A stretch of DNA of 58,541 nucleotides from a virus (Duplodnaviria; Caudoviricetes), in IMG/VR virus record IMGVR_UViG_3300032282_004643, positions 1 through 58,541 of that record. One strand, written 5' to 3'. Below are positions 11,077-20,884 of this stretch, in pieces. The notes beneath the pieces are model-generated. The model worked only from the letters and a program-made list of their open reading frames with translations, did no database searches and had not been told where the DNA came from. Within the stretch, counting starts at the first letter, position 1; every line of letters begins with the position of its first letter. The translations under genes were made by a program, and so were the position numbers.

Positions 11077-12558
11077 TTATACTTCGTATATTTTTCCATC
11101 AACACAACATCTTGTCAGCTCATCACAGACACGTGTTGGGTCAAAACTACCATCTCTACGATAGAAACAATCACTATTTTGCATACATTCTCCACAAATT
11201 CCCTGTCCACCGCCATTACCCGTACCACGGTCATATGTACATTTGCCGCTATCACGTGTAGCCGATGAATTGTAATTTGTCGCCGTAGGATCCATACATC
11301 CGTAAACTATGGTTTCATATCTACATTCACCGCTATCACGAACAGCATGTGGATTATAATTTATAGCTGATTTATCCATACAACCAGTTACATACATACA
11401 CGAATTATCATTTTCCGTTGCATCTGGATTATAATTTATTGCTGTGGAATCCGTACATCCTACTTTTGCTGGTTTTCCTGTATATTCGTCTGTACACGAT
11501 TCTCTGCATCCACCAACAATAGTATCTTGAATTAATCTACATACGTTGGTATACGAAGGATCTTGATTATTTGCAGGCCGTGTTTGTGTAATTTTACCAA
11601 TTTGTAAACATGGGTCTAACTTTACATCGTATGTACAACAATTTGTACATGATACTAAATTTTCACCTTGCACATAATTGTTTGCTAATGGGTCAGTACA
11701 TCCCGTAAACTTACAAGTTCCGTTATCTTTTTCAGCCGCAGGATCATAGTTAAAAGCTTTTGGATTTGTACATCCAACTTTATAATATTGACAACTACCA
11801 TTATCAATTACCGCATATCCATCAAAATTTTTGGCATTTGGATCGGTACATCCAACTGCTAGATCACTAATCTTATATCTGCAACATCCCTCACATATGG
11901 TATTAGCCAATGGATTATAATTTGTAGCATTTTTATCCATACATCCAATTATAATATCAATACAGCTACCATCATCTTGGGTTGCTTTTGAATTATAATT
12001 CAACGCATTTTTATTAGTACATCCGAGTATTTCCGCCGGCGGCGCTTTGTATGTACAGCTACCATCTTCCGTATTTGCTCGTGGATTAAAATTTAGTGCA
12101 TTGATATTTGTACAACCATATATTTTTGGAATACAAGTACCGTTATCAATAGTTGCACTTGGTGTATAATTTAACGCAGCAGGATCTGTACATCCATATA
12201 TTCCAACTGGTTGTGGTGGAAGTGGTGGAGGTGGTGGAGGTGGAGCAACCGGAATTATTACGGGAGTTGCCGTTACCACAAAATTAAGAGAACTATTTAG
12301 TACCCCGACAGGAAGTGTTTCGAGTGGTGCGGTCTGAAAATTTACCGTTATTTGTTTACTTTCATTGGGTCTTAACGTAATATTATTTGGTGAAACGGAC
12401 GATCCATCTAACGTACTAGATATATTCACTGTTAGTGTATAATTGGATGCCACATTTGTAGCAGTAAAAGTTGCTCCCGAAATAGCACGGGTTCGCAACT
12501 TATACGGTACTACAAGTTGGGTCTGTGACAGTTGTAAGTAATCTGCTGCATTGGCCAT
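11077..12558 (-). CDS. Cys-rich repeat structural protein
   Basis: Ig-like N-terminus, poly-Pro linker, 10 GC(T/M)DxxAxNYNPxAxxDxGxC repeats. Confidence 0.7.
   Translation of the reverse strand: MANAADYLQLSQTQLVVPYKLRTRAISGATFTATNVASNYTLTVNISSTLDGSSVSPNNITLRPNESKQITVNFQTAPLETLPVGVLNSSLNFVVTATPVIIPVAPPPPPPPLPPQPVGIYGCTDPAALNYTPSATIDNGTCIPKIYGCTNINALNFNPRANTEDGSCTYKAPPAEILGCTNKNALNYNSKATQDDGSCIDIIIGCMDKNATNYNPLANTICEGCCRYKISDLAVGCTDPNAKNFDGYAVIDNGSCQYYKVGCTNPKAFNYDPAAEKDNGTCKFTGCTDPLANNYVQGENLVSCTNCCTYDVKLDPCLQIGKITQTRPANNQDPSYTNVCRLIQDTIVGGCRESCTDEYTGKPAKVGCTDSTAINYNPDATENDNSCMYVTGCMDKSAINYNPHAVRDSGECRYETIVYGCMDPTATNYNSSATRDSGKCTYDRGTGNGGGQGICGECMQNSDCFYRRDGSFDPTRVCDELTRCCVDGKIYEV
11240..12197 (-). 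repeat. Ten GCTDxxAxNYNPxAxxDDGSC-type protein repeats
   Basis: Counted in translation; coordinates approximate. Confidence 0.8.
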
Positions 12559-12566
12559 ATATTACC

Positions 12567-13445
12567 TCAGATATATCTAATTTGATTTTGTGTGAACAGA
12601 TTGATATTATTGTTTACCAATGCATTATCTATTGCTTTTTCGATGAGTGCACGGATTTCACTTTCTTGAAATCTATCAAACTGCTTTGTATTTTTTGTTA
12701 ATTCAACTAAATTTACGAACTCATCATAAATAGCTGCTGATATGAATTCTATGGTAAGATTTAGGTTATCTGGCAAATCTGCTTCTAAATTTATTAGCTG
12801 TGCTTGAAGTTCTGGGTTGAAGTTTAGTAATGAGTCATTTATCATTGAAATGAACTCCTGAACTTGTTGCTCACCTGTTTCTGTTTGGGTAATGGTATCT
12901 CCTTGTCCAACCCCAACAGTTCCACCAACAAGTCCAGCCGCCAACACACGAGGTACACCAGGTTCTATAAACTCAAATAATTCACTTTGTTCCACATCGG
13001 TAAATGTTGTATTGAACCCAAGACGTAATTCCGTTCTGGATGGTGCGACTTCTTCGATTGTTAATTTTCTATCCGTATACGTACCAATTTCATCGGAAAA
13101 TAAATTTATAGTAGTAGTATAGGTTCCAGGAGGAATAATCAGTCCCAGTTCCTTCTGTACACGGGTCATATCCACTATAATTTTTTCATCTTTACTACCG
13201 TCCGGTAATATCACGGTTCGTGATGAAAGTATTCCTGTATTTACTGGTATAATTACCGACCCAACCAGTCTATTTACCGAATCGTAAAAATGCATCTCTA
13301 CATTATCGTCTACATCAAAACCAAACTCAGCAGGTAATCTTCCTTCAATAATATCAATATCTGTTTCCGACTCGGCGATACGAGAGACTGAGAATGATTG
13401 AGGATTTCTCGGTATTACTTCAACATAATTTTCTTGATTTGCCAT
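12567..13445 (-). CDS. Virion structural protein
   Basis: LTIEEVAPSRTELRL motif; structural operon context. Confidence 0.55.
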   Translation of the reverse strand: MANQENYVEVIPRNPQSFSVSRIAESETDIDIIEGRLPAEFGFDVDDNVEMHFYDSVNRLVGSVIIPVNTGILSSRTVILPDGSKDEKIIVDMTRVQKELGLIIPPGTYTTTINLFSDEIGTYTDRKLTIEEVAPSRTELRLGFNTTFTDVEQSELFEFIEPGVPRVLAAGLVGGTVGVGQGDTITQTETGEQQVQEFISMINDSLLNFNPELQAQLINLEADLPDNLNLTIEFISAAIYDEFVNLVELTKNTKQFDRFQESEIRALIEKAIDNALVNNNINLFTQNQIRYI

Positions 13446-13448
13446 AAA

Positions 13449-14663
13449 TTAACAATCCTTTGCTAAGATATCTTGCAACTTTTTCTTCGCACTTTCTAGG
13501 CTGAGTAGTATCTCGTTTTTATTCATACCTACTGTTTTTTTACCTAATAACGATTCCACCGCGGCACCCGGAATGAGAGGTGCCGCTATAACAGCTCCCA
13601 GTAATGAACCTATTGGTCCCGCCTTGCTTGCAAATTTAACAATAGCGCCGGCTGCTTTAGAAAATATATTAACTTTTTGTTTTTTCTTACCGTATCCTGG
13701 GATTGGCCCCGTTATTGCGTTTTGTTTTGCAATTTCTTCATCAATTTTTTTAATCTTATTTTCTATATCTTTACGTTTTACTTTACGTTCTGATTTTTTA
13801 CCAACTCCCAAGAATCCCTTTTTACCCTTTGCAACAGTAATATATTCGCAATTTCCACTTTGATCCACACCTTGTTGTGTGGAATCTTCAACTTTTTGAA
13901 TACCACTGTTAAGTAGTGAAATTGCTTGGTTAATAATCTCCGTTCCCTTAACCTTACCCGCAACTTTTGGAATTGTTTGAATCAAATCTTCTTCAAGAAT
14001 TTCTGGTAATGGATTGATAATATCTTGTGCTCCATCAGTTTCACCATAATCATCTGTTAATCCAGCAAAATCCAATGCTCCTAATTCATCTGCTTCCTCT
14101 GCCGTCAATACCTCTGCTGGATTTGGATCTTGTGCGTTAATTGCCGATGCAAATCCTTCATCTAGTGCAGTATTAATAGCCTCGTTTGTTTCTGCAATTG
14201 CGTCAGGATTTCCAGAATCTATTGCTGCATTTAAGTCATCAAGTGCCAATGCTGCCTGCAATGCAGCATCACGTTGTTCACGTAATGTCTGTAATGTAGG
14301 ATCTTCTGGCAACGCCAGATCGTCCGTTAATTCTTGAAAATAATTATCTATTGGTACAACTTGGTACATATCTCGAACTACGGAGTTTGGGTAATATTGT
14401 GGTGTGGTTATATCTACTGCACCAATTGGCATTTTAACCACAGGAATATTATTTGCTGTACGTTCCACCATACTTTCACTTGGTAATCCCAATATGTCCG
14501 AACGACCAGTTGCAATTAACCGAGGGGTAAAAAATTGCGTTTCTGCGGTAAATTGTATTGTTTCTCCTGATGTCAATGGAATTTGTAATACCAAATCAGA
14601 AGAACCCGTAGTAAAGTCCTTTGCTTCTACAATAGTTTTGTCTATAACATTTAATATAGGCAT
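13449..14663 (-). CDS. Hypothetical protein (acidic N-half, basic/hydrophobic C-terminus)
   Basis: Long ORF tightly packed in operon. Confidence 0.6.
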   Translation of the reverse strand: MPILNVIDKTIVEAKDFTTGSSDLVLQIPLTSGETIQFTAETQFFTPRLIATGRSDILGLPSESMVERTANNIPVVKMPIGAVDITTPQYYPNSVVRDMYQVVPIDNYFQELTDDLALPEDPTLQTLREQRDAALQAALALDDLNAAIDSGNPDAIAETNEAINTALDEGFASAINAQDPNPAEVLTAEEADELGALDFAGLTDDYGETDGAQDIINPLPEILEEDLIQTIPKVAGKVKGTEIINQAISLLNSGIQKVEDSTQQGVDQSGNCEYITVAKGKKGFLGVGKKSERKVKRKDIENKIKKIDEEIAKQNAITGPIPGYGKKKQKVNIFSKAAGAIVKFASKAGPIGSLLGAVIAAPLIPGAAVESLLGKKTVGMNKNEILLSLESAKKKLQDILAKDC

Positions 14664-14664
14664 A

Positions 14665-15390
14665 TTACTTTACTTCCGTTACTGAGAGTTGCTTGTCCGT
14701 TACTACGTTTTGTAGTTTTGTTAATTTATCCATATACCCAGCTCTTCGTAATAACTTAAATGCAAGATTTTCTGTGGAAAACTCACCACCAAGTTGTAAT
14801 CCAGATTGTCTAAATTTACCCAACTTGTCACGGAATTTTTCAATTTTTTTATCCAATCCGTCAAGTTGACCATCTTGAAATTGTTTTACCAATTGATTAT
14901 ACACACTAGTAAAATATCTTACCTTAGTCATTACATCTTGTTCATCATATACCGGTGTTTCTTTTTTTGGTTCTTTAATCCAAGTATCTTTCATCACACT
15001 GTATAGTCCCGTTGCAACGTGTGGTGACTTTTCATCTTCGACATACACTTCCACATCATATCCCTTGATTGTAATATCATGTTTATCATTCCACTTTGAC
15101 TTTGCTAACAAGAAAAATTGTGATAATAATTCGTTATCTTTTCCAAAATCAAATAATAAATGAATATCAACATCGGAGTAGTCTGAGTAGTTGTAGTTTG
15201 CTAAACTTCCGGTAAACACTATGTCTTTGATTTTTGGTTTATTTTCCAACTCAATACTATCATAGAACTCCTTTGCAATTCTCAAAAGAGCTTTACGAAT
15301 ATTTGGGTTAAGTTTATTGTCAGATGTCCAGAACTGTCTATTCAGGTCTGGTTGCACCTTAAAGGTTTTAATCAAGTCATCGAAAGTCAT
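14665..15390 (-). CDS. Pol-beta superfamily nucleotidyltransferase
   Basis: FTGSLANYNYSDYSDVDIH (GS...DxD) motif and later VEVYVED. Confidence 0.75.
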   Translation of the reverse strand: MTFDDLIKTFKVQPDLNRQFWTSDNKLNPNIRKALLRIAKEFYDSIELENKPKIKDIVFTGSLANYNYSDYSDVDIHLLFDFGKDNELLSQFFLLAKSKWNDKHDITIKGYDVEVYVEDEKSPHVATGLYSVMKDTWIKEPKKETPVYDEQDVMTKVRYFTSVYNQLVKQFQDGQLDGLDKKIEKFRDKLGKFRQSGLQLGGEFSTENLAFKLLRRAGYMDKLTKLQNVVTDKQLSVTEVK

Positions 15391-16425
15391 TTATTTTACC
15401 AAGAAGGTAAATACATCAGGAATAATACTTGTGTCGGAATCACCATTATCAATTTGAAGATTTACAGTATAATATCTGTTCTTGTATAAATTTGATGTGT
15501 CCAATACAAAGTATGATCCGGTTGCGTCACAACTTAGTTTTGCACTAGCATCTATTGGGTATACAGGAACATTTGCTTGTTTATCAACCACACTAAAATA
15601 TGATGTTTTTGGTAAGTAGTATATGCTCTTGTATCTGAGTGTTGCGTCGAAATTTTTTCGTGGATATTTGTCTCTTACAATAAGTCTAAGTTTTTCTTTT
15701 GATCCACGAATGTATGTTTCTTTTGCATTCTTAGGAACCACGGAAATATCCACAGTATTTGGTATAGCTTTTAATGCAGACCCAGTTACAAACATAGAAT
15801 CATCCCACGCAACTTCCAATGTTGGTTGGTGAATTGTATGTGTCTGTTTTGAAAAGAATTTTATATTACCTTCATTGGTATAATCTGCTTCCGATACACT
15901 TGGATATTTAACCAATAATCCATACCAAGGAAGTGATTGCGAAATTACAGGTCTTAATATTGACGATACATCTATACGTAAATCTTGTAGTGGATACTCA
16001 TCCAACGTTATACTTTGTGATGGCGTTGTATAATAATCACCACCCACATTACTCCACGATACCGAGGTGGTTGCTTGTCTCCACGTAGCACCATCACCAG
16101 CATTTTTTGTTTGTTGTACATAGTATCCACTACCTTCGGTCCACGAAGAAGATACTTTATACACCAATAACTGTTGTGAATATGGAAGTTTCTGTGCGTT
16201 TGCTATTTTTAAATTTAAATAATATGACGCGGTTGCCGGGAACGATCCGCTGTTAGATATATTAAAATTTAATAATGTTCGAGCCGCACTAGCGGAGTAC
16301 GCAATTTCCAAATCTTCTGGATTTGCTACTTTTCCTACTTCAAGAATTTCATCCAACCCAGCATTGTTTGTTGGATTACGTTGATATAGGGTTGTGTCTG
16401 CGGAGGATGTTAGGAATATTCTCAT
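15391..16425 (-). CDS. Structural protein, DNRLRE-like carbohydrate-binding domain
   Basis: DTTLY...NAGLDEILE...RTLLNF...WTEG...PTLEVAWDD pattern. Confidence 0.6.
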   Translation of the reverse strand: MRIFLTSSADTTLYQRNPTNNAGLDEILEVGKVANPEDLEIAYSASAARTLLNFNISNSGSFPATASYYLNLKIANAQKLPYSQQLLVYKVSSSWTEGSGYYVQQTKNAGDGATWRQATTSVSWSNVGGDYYTTPSQSITLDEYPLQDLRIDVSSILRPVISQSLPWYGLLVKYPSVSEADYTNEGNIKFFSKQTHTIHQPTLEVAWDDSMFVTGSALKAIPNTVDISVVPKNAKETYIRGSKEKLRLIVRDKYPRKNFDATLRYKSIYYLPKTSYFSVVDKQANVPVYPIDASAKLSCDATGSYFVLDTSNLYKNRYYTVNLQIDNGDSDTSIIPDVFTFLVK

Positions 16426-18365
16426 TGTCTTGCACTTCCTACGATATCATCTTCTGGATAACGTATTTCAAAAATACAAGGATCCAGTGATGGGTAAATT
16501 ACACCATTATCTGTTGCTTCTGTTATATCGTATCTATAAGGTTTGTAATCTCTACCATCCTTATAGAAATATTTGTTAACAATTTCTAATTTATTTACAC
16601 TTTGTACACCATCTTGTGCTTGGAGTAATAGTTGCAAGTCTCCCAAACGAATTGGTTGGTTGATGTTCCACTTATCAATGTCAAAATAATCTTTTATAGC
16701 ACCCAGACATACAGTAACTACATCACTCATATTATAATTTTTGAACACGGTAATGTCAAAGTTTACACCGATGTTCACAACGAACGCGTCTAAAATGTTT
16801 ACCTGATCAGTTAACATTCTATATTCGGATAAGTATTTTTGAAGATTTGATTTTACCAATTGATTTAGATTTGTAATCTTCTTATTTTGATTGTATCCCA
16901 ACACATATAAGTTGATTGCGTTTGGTTTTGGATTATCATCAACAAACTGTCTAATTGTCTGATCAACTTGTTGTGGTGTTACTTGTGCTTGAATTTTTGA
17001 TTGTAATGTATCTGAGATAGCAAATACCTTAGCAACCGCGCCGTATTTAGCTGGCATTGCAAGTGTTCTAGCTTCGTAGTCTCTACGTGTAACAACACGA
17101 TTTTGTGCGGAGAATGATGCTAATGCACGTTGTCGAATTTCTTCGACAGTTTCACCATCCAATCCACCTGTTGCTGGCATTTCATTATATACGGTAACAG
17201 TACTTACTATGTCGTTAAATAAAGCTAATTCGGTAGAATTGAATTCCGTTGTTCTATTTATGATATTTAATTGACCAACTTGGGTTATAGTACCAGATGC
17301 TACGTTACTATCAACTCCGCCACCAGTAACATATTCAACAGTTAAATCTGTGTTTGCAGGAGCGATACCAAAGTTGTCTGTGTCTAATAAATCTGTATTA
17401 CTTAATGATACACTTGCTAAATTTGTACCATAATCGGAGTTTGCAACTTGTTGTGAGTCCAAATATACAATATCTTCCGAGACATTACCACGACCAGAAC
17501 CAAATACCAATTGTGTAGATTTATCAGTTGTTAATCGTGTAACATATCTTCTGGGAACAGATCTATATGTTATGGAATACGATGGACTAATGGATTCACT
17601 TACACTTGCTTTGTAACTAACTGATCTATCATCAATAATAGTATCTTGTGCTAGATAATCTACCTCGTACCAAGGATATCCATCGGAATCAGTTACTTTT
17701 GTAATTGCTGTTACGTTCTTATCCCCAATAGTAATGGTAGAAAATTTTGCAGGATCACCAATAGTGAACGTTTCCTGTTTTACATCACCAGCAATTACTT
17801 TCACTTTTTTAGTTACTAAATAGGTAACAGGTAATAGCGTTGTTGAATCCAACTGTCGTGGTACTATCGCTCTATCAATTGGGTCGTTAAAATCTACCAT
17901 ATCTTTTGTTCTAAACGAAACAATATTTGGACCTTGTGTAGATATAGTAGAATTTCTATCTATTTTTAAGAAATAATTTGCATCCGGTATGTACCCATCA
18001 CTGGCTCCTAGTGCGGGAACTATTTGTGATATGAGTACTTCTGCCGTAGCCGGAACAATCACTTTTGGTTTATATCCCATTGCCTGTGCTATACTAATTA
18101 TATTTTTTTCTTCTTCTGCGTAGGCCAATAGATTTTCTTTAAATTGATTATCCACATAGAATGACAATACATCGCCAACATATGCAGCTAATTCCAACAT
18201 AATCATACCCGGATTGGCTTCGTTAAAATCCGTCCAAGTTGTTGGGTAATAGTTTTTAATAAACGTGATGAGGTCACCCTTAAAATCAACAAATGACTTG
18301 TTAAGGTATCTTACCTCTTTTGGTGCCACGGATAGTTTATTTAATACATTATTGGTTGTAGCCAT
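16422..18365 (-). CDS. Baseplate wedge subunit (T4 gp6-like)
   Basis: DFNEANPGMIMLELAAYVGDVLSFY; GG.DGETVEEIR; QNRVVTRRDY. Confidence 0.9.
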   Translation of the reverse strand: MATTNNVLNKLSVAPKEVRYLNKSFVDFKGDLITFIKNYYPTTWTDFNEANPGMIMLELAAYVGDVLSFYVDNQFKENLLAYAEEEKNIISIAQAMGYKPKVIVPATAEVLISQIVPALGASDGYIPDANYFLKIDRNSTISTQGPNIVSFRTKDMVDFNDPIDRAIVPRQLDSTTLLPVTYLVTKKVKVIAGDVKQETFTIGDPAKFSTITIGDKNVTAITKVTDSDGYPWYEVDYLAQDTIIDDRSVSYKASVSESISPSYSITYRSVPRRYVTRLTTDKSTQLVFGSGRGNVSEDIVYLDSQQVANSDYGTNLASVSLSNTDLLDTDNFGIAPANTDLTVEYVTGGGVDSNVASGTITQVGQLNIINRTTEFNSTELALFNDIVSTVTVYNEMPATGGLDGETVEEIRQRALASFSAQNRVVTRRDYEARTLAMPAKYGAVAKVFAISDTLQSKIQAQVTPQQVDQTIRQFVDDNPKPNAINLYVLGYNQNKKITNLNQLVKSNLQKYLSEYRMLTDQVNILDAFVVNIGVNFDITVFKNYNMSDVVTVCLGAIKDYFDIDKWNINQPIRLGDLQLLLQAQDGVQSVNKLEIVNKYFYKDGRDYKPYRYDITEATDNGVIYPSLDPCIFEIRYPEDDIVGSARQ

Positions 18366-18377
18366 TATCTATCTCTA

Positions 18378-18821
18378 TTAAAAATTTCTTGATGTAATTC
18401 TACCCGATACCGCCAATCCACCCGTGGGGGTTGTTCCTAACAACAACTGTACTTGTTCTGACACCAGTGGGTTATTTGCAAAGCCATAACGAACATATAA
18501 ATTAATATTGTTGTCATTTACAAATGTATCTAGGTTCATAACACGAATTTCTTGTAAAATCAGATACGGCATGAAAGCATCGACTGCTTCCACGACATAC
18601 TGTTGTGCTTTTTCTTGAATTTCTCCGTCCTTTTGTTCAAACAATAAACGCCACAAATCACATCCAAAATTAGGATTTGCTACACGTTCACCCTTCTTGG
18701 TCAAAATTAAATTAATAAACTTTGATTTTTCATTTTCCAATGGGTCGGGAGTAGTTTGGAAATACCCACGATTGTTACGTTGTAATGGTAGAGTTGACCC
18801 TAGATATACTGTTTTTGCCAT
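18378..18821 (-). CDS. Baseplate wedge protein (T4 gp25-like)
   Basis: NLILTKKGERVANPNFGCDL..LLFE gp25 signature. Confidence 0.9.
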   Translation of the reverse strand: MAKTVYLGSTLPLQRNNRGYFQTTPDPLENEKSKFINLILTKKGERVANPNFGCDLWRLLFEQKDGEIQEKAQQYVVEAVDAFMPYLILQEIRVMNLDTFVNDNNINLYVRYGFANNPLVSEQVQLLLGTTPTGGLAVSGRITSRNF

Positions 18822-18824
18822 AGA

Positions 18825-19196
18825 TTATTTTGACAATCCCATCTTTTTCATCAATGCGCTGTAATCCTTTGTGATGGCGTCCACAGCTGGTTTTACGGAT
18901 GGGGAATTTAAATCGACACCTTGTGGGATTGTGTCTGGGAGCACTACGTTGCTTGTGGTAGCCGTAATAGTGTCTCCGTGACGTTCCAATCCCATCAATT
19001 GAGCCAGTCTGGAACGGTCCAATGCGGGTTTCTTTGGTACGGAGACATTTTCGTTAACTTGTTGCATACCTTTGATTTCTGCAATGGCTTCCCCAAGAAC
19101 CTCAGGTAATATCTTTTTAACAGCCTTTTCAACAGATTCTTCAATCTGTTCTTTGACCAGTTCTTTTACATATGCTCTAAATAATGCTTTATCCAT
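18825..19196 (-). CDS. Conserved jumbo-phage hypothetical protein
   Basis: SD AAGGAG upstream; C-terminal AITKDYSALMKKM motif. Confidence 0.7.
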   Translation of the reverse strand: MDKALFRAYVKELVKEQIEESVEKAVKKILPEVLGEAIAEIKGMQQVNENVSVPKKPALDRSRLAQLMGLERHGDTITATTSNVVLPDTIPQGVDLNSPSVKPAVDAITKDYSALMKKMGLSK

Positions 19197-19267
19197 AAAA
19201 TTCTCCTTAAAAAAGTAACCAATTTACCCCTCTATTTAAATATCAAAAGATATTGAATTTAAACGAT

Positions 19268-20881
19268 TTATCTGCCCCAAGTAGCAGTTGCAGTTGTCTG
19301 GTAATATACTTTGTTATCTATCACCAATATTTTGTTAGCAAATGTCGCAAATCCACTATTTGTTGTGATATACGTAAATCCCAGTTCAGTAGCTTTTCTA
19401 CGATTCAACTCCAATGCTATTGAAGAAGCTATTCCAGAATCCAATTTTGTAGTAGTAGACGTAATTGTAGTTCCATTGACCGATACCTCATCGGCAGGTA
19501 TTGATGTTCTTATATTTGAAGTTGTGGACGATGCGGCAGCTGTACTAGCTGCCATAGTTGTACTTCGTTGTGCCGAACTGATAATTCCCGAGGTTAGTTC
19601 GGCGCCGATAGACTTATTGTTTAACGTTGACGCTATGTTGGATACAGAGTTTATTGCCGAGGTTGTAGCATTATTTAATTCTCTAGCTTGATTTACTGTT
19701 GCGGAAATTGCCGCAGAACCAGAAGATATAATATTATTTAATTTTGAAGATCCTGTTGCTATTAAGTTTGAACCGGATGCCTTTGCGTTTTGATACTGTG
19801 TGAGTGCCTTTTGTTGTTCACGTAGTACACTATTACTGACATTTCTGACATTCTGTATTAGTTCTGTTCTTGCTCTATTTACTGCTTCTGTACGGATTGC
19901 TTGTGATTGTTCTAATTTTGCCCGTGCCTGACGTAGTGAGTTTCTAGCTTGCGTTAACCCTCGTTGAATTTTATCTTTATTTGGGTCAACAATTTCGAAT
20001 CCAGCTTGTTCTACCGCTTTTGCATACGATTTTTGATAAAATTCACCATCTTTTTTCTTCAAAGCTTCCAATGCTTTTTTATATTTTGCATAAAAGTTTG
20101 CTTTCGTAAAAGTAACTGTTGGTAATTTAGGAAATTTTGGGTATAATCGAATTCGTGGTATTTCTTTAAGACTTAATATCTTCTTCAAAATATCAATGTT
20201 TTCCTTTAACTTTTTCTTGGCTTTTGGAATATCTTCAAACAATGCTTTCATAATAGCTTTCTTTGTAGCTTTATAAGCTCTAATAACTAACTCCAATGCT
20301 GCTTTTGCTTTGTCATATGCGTTCTGCAAACTTTGTAATTTATCTATCAATACTGTTAGTGCGGCGGCGGCTGCAGCATCGGGTAAATTTACCAACGCAT
20401 TAAATAACGCAGTAAGTCTATTAATTTGATCTTCTAATTTTTTAGTTAACTTATCTAATTTATCTTTTACTGATGTGAGTTTTGTTAAATCTTCTAACTG
20501 CTGTACCAATTTTTTGATTTTTGGATCAATACCACGTATAATTCTATCCCGAGGAGTTAATGGAACTTGGTCACCATTAATTCTTCTACGTTGAATAGCA
20601 TTACCAGATAATATTCGTGGAGTATATTGAGTAAGTTTAGATTTTGTTTCACCACTAGCCGCCAATAATTCTTGGGTTATCTTAGATTGTATTATTTTAA
20701 AATCTGGTCCAGGTCTTTGAACTACTCCAAGTGGTGTTATTTCTGGTCTGAATGTTGATAACGCAACCAAAGTTTCCAACGGAACATCCCGTGGAATATT
20801 TGCTATCGTTGATATTGTAGAAGTACTATTTGTAGCGTTATTTAAATACGCACCAAAATATTGTTCAGCTAGTGTAGTCAT
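19268..20881 (-). CDS. Coiled-coil hypothetical protein (baseplate region)
   Basis: 537 aa helical, Ser/Thr-rich tail. Confidence 0.6.
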   Translation of the reverse strand: MTTLAEQYFGAYLNNATNSTSTISTIANIPRDVPLETLVALSTFRPEITPLGVVQRPGPDFKIIQSKITQELLAASGETKSKLTQYTPRILSGNAIQRRRINGDQVPLTPRDRIIRGIDPKIKKLVQQLEDLTKLTSVKDKLDKLTKKLEDQINRLTALFNALVNLPDAAAAAALTVLIDKLQSLQNAYDKAKAALELVIRAYKATKKAIMKALFEDIPKAKKKLKENIDILKKILSLKEIPRIRLYPKFPKLPTVTFTKANFYAKYKKALEALKKKDGEFYQKSYAKAVEQAGFEIVDPNKDKIQRGLTQARNSLRQARAKLEQSQAIRTEAVNRARTELIQNVRNVSNSVLREQQKALTQYQNAKASGSNLIATGSSKLNNIISSGSAAISATVNQARELNNATTSAINSVSNIASTLNNKSIGAELTSGIISSAQRSTTMAASTAAASSTTSNIRTSIPADEVSVNGTTITSTTTKLDSGIASSIALELNRRKATELGFTYITTNSGFATFANKILVIDNKVYYQTTATATWGR

Positions 20882-20884
20882 ATA

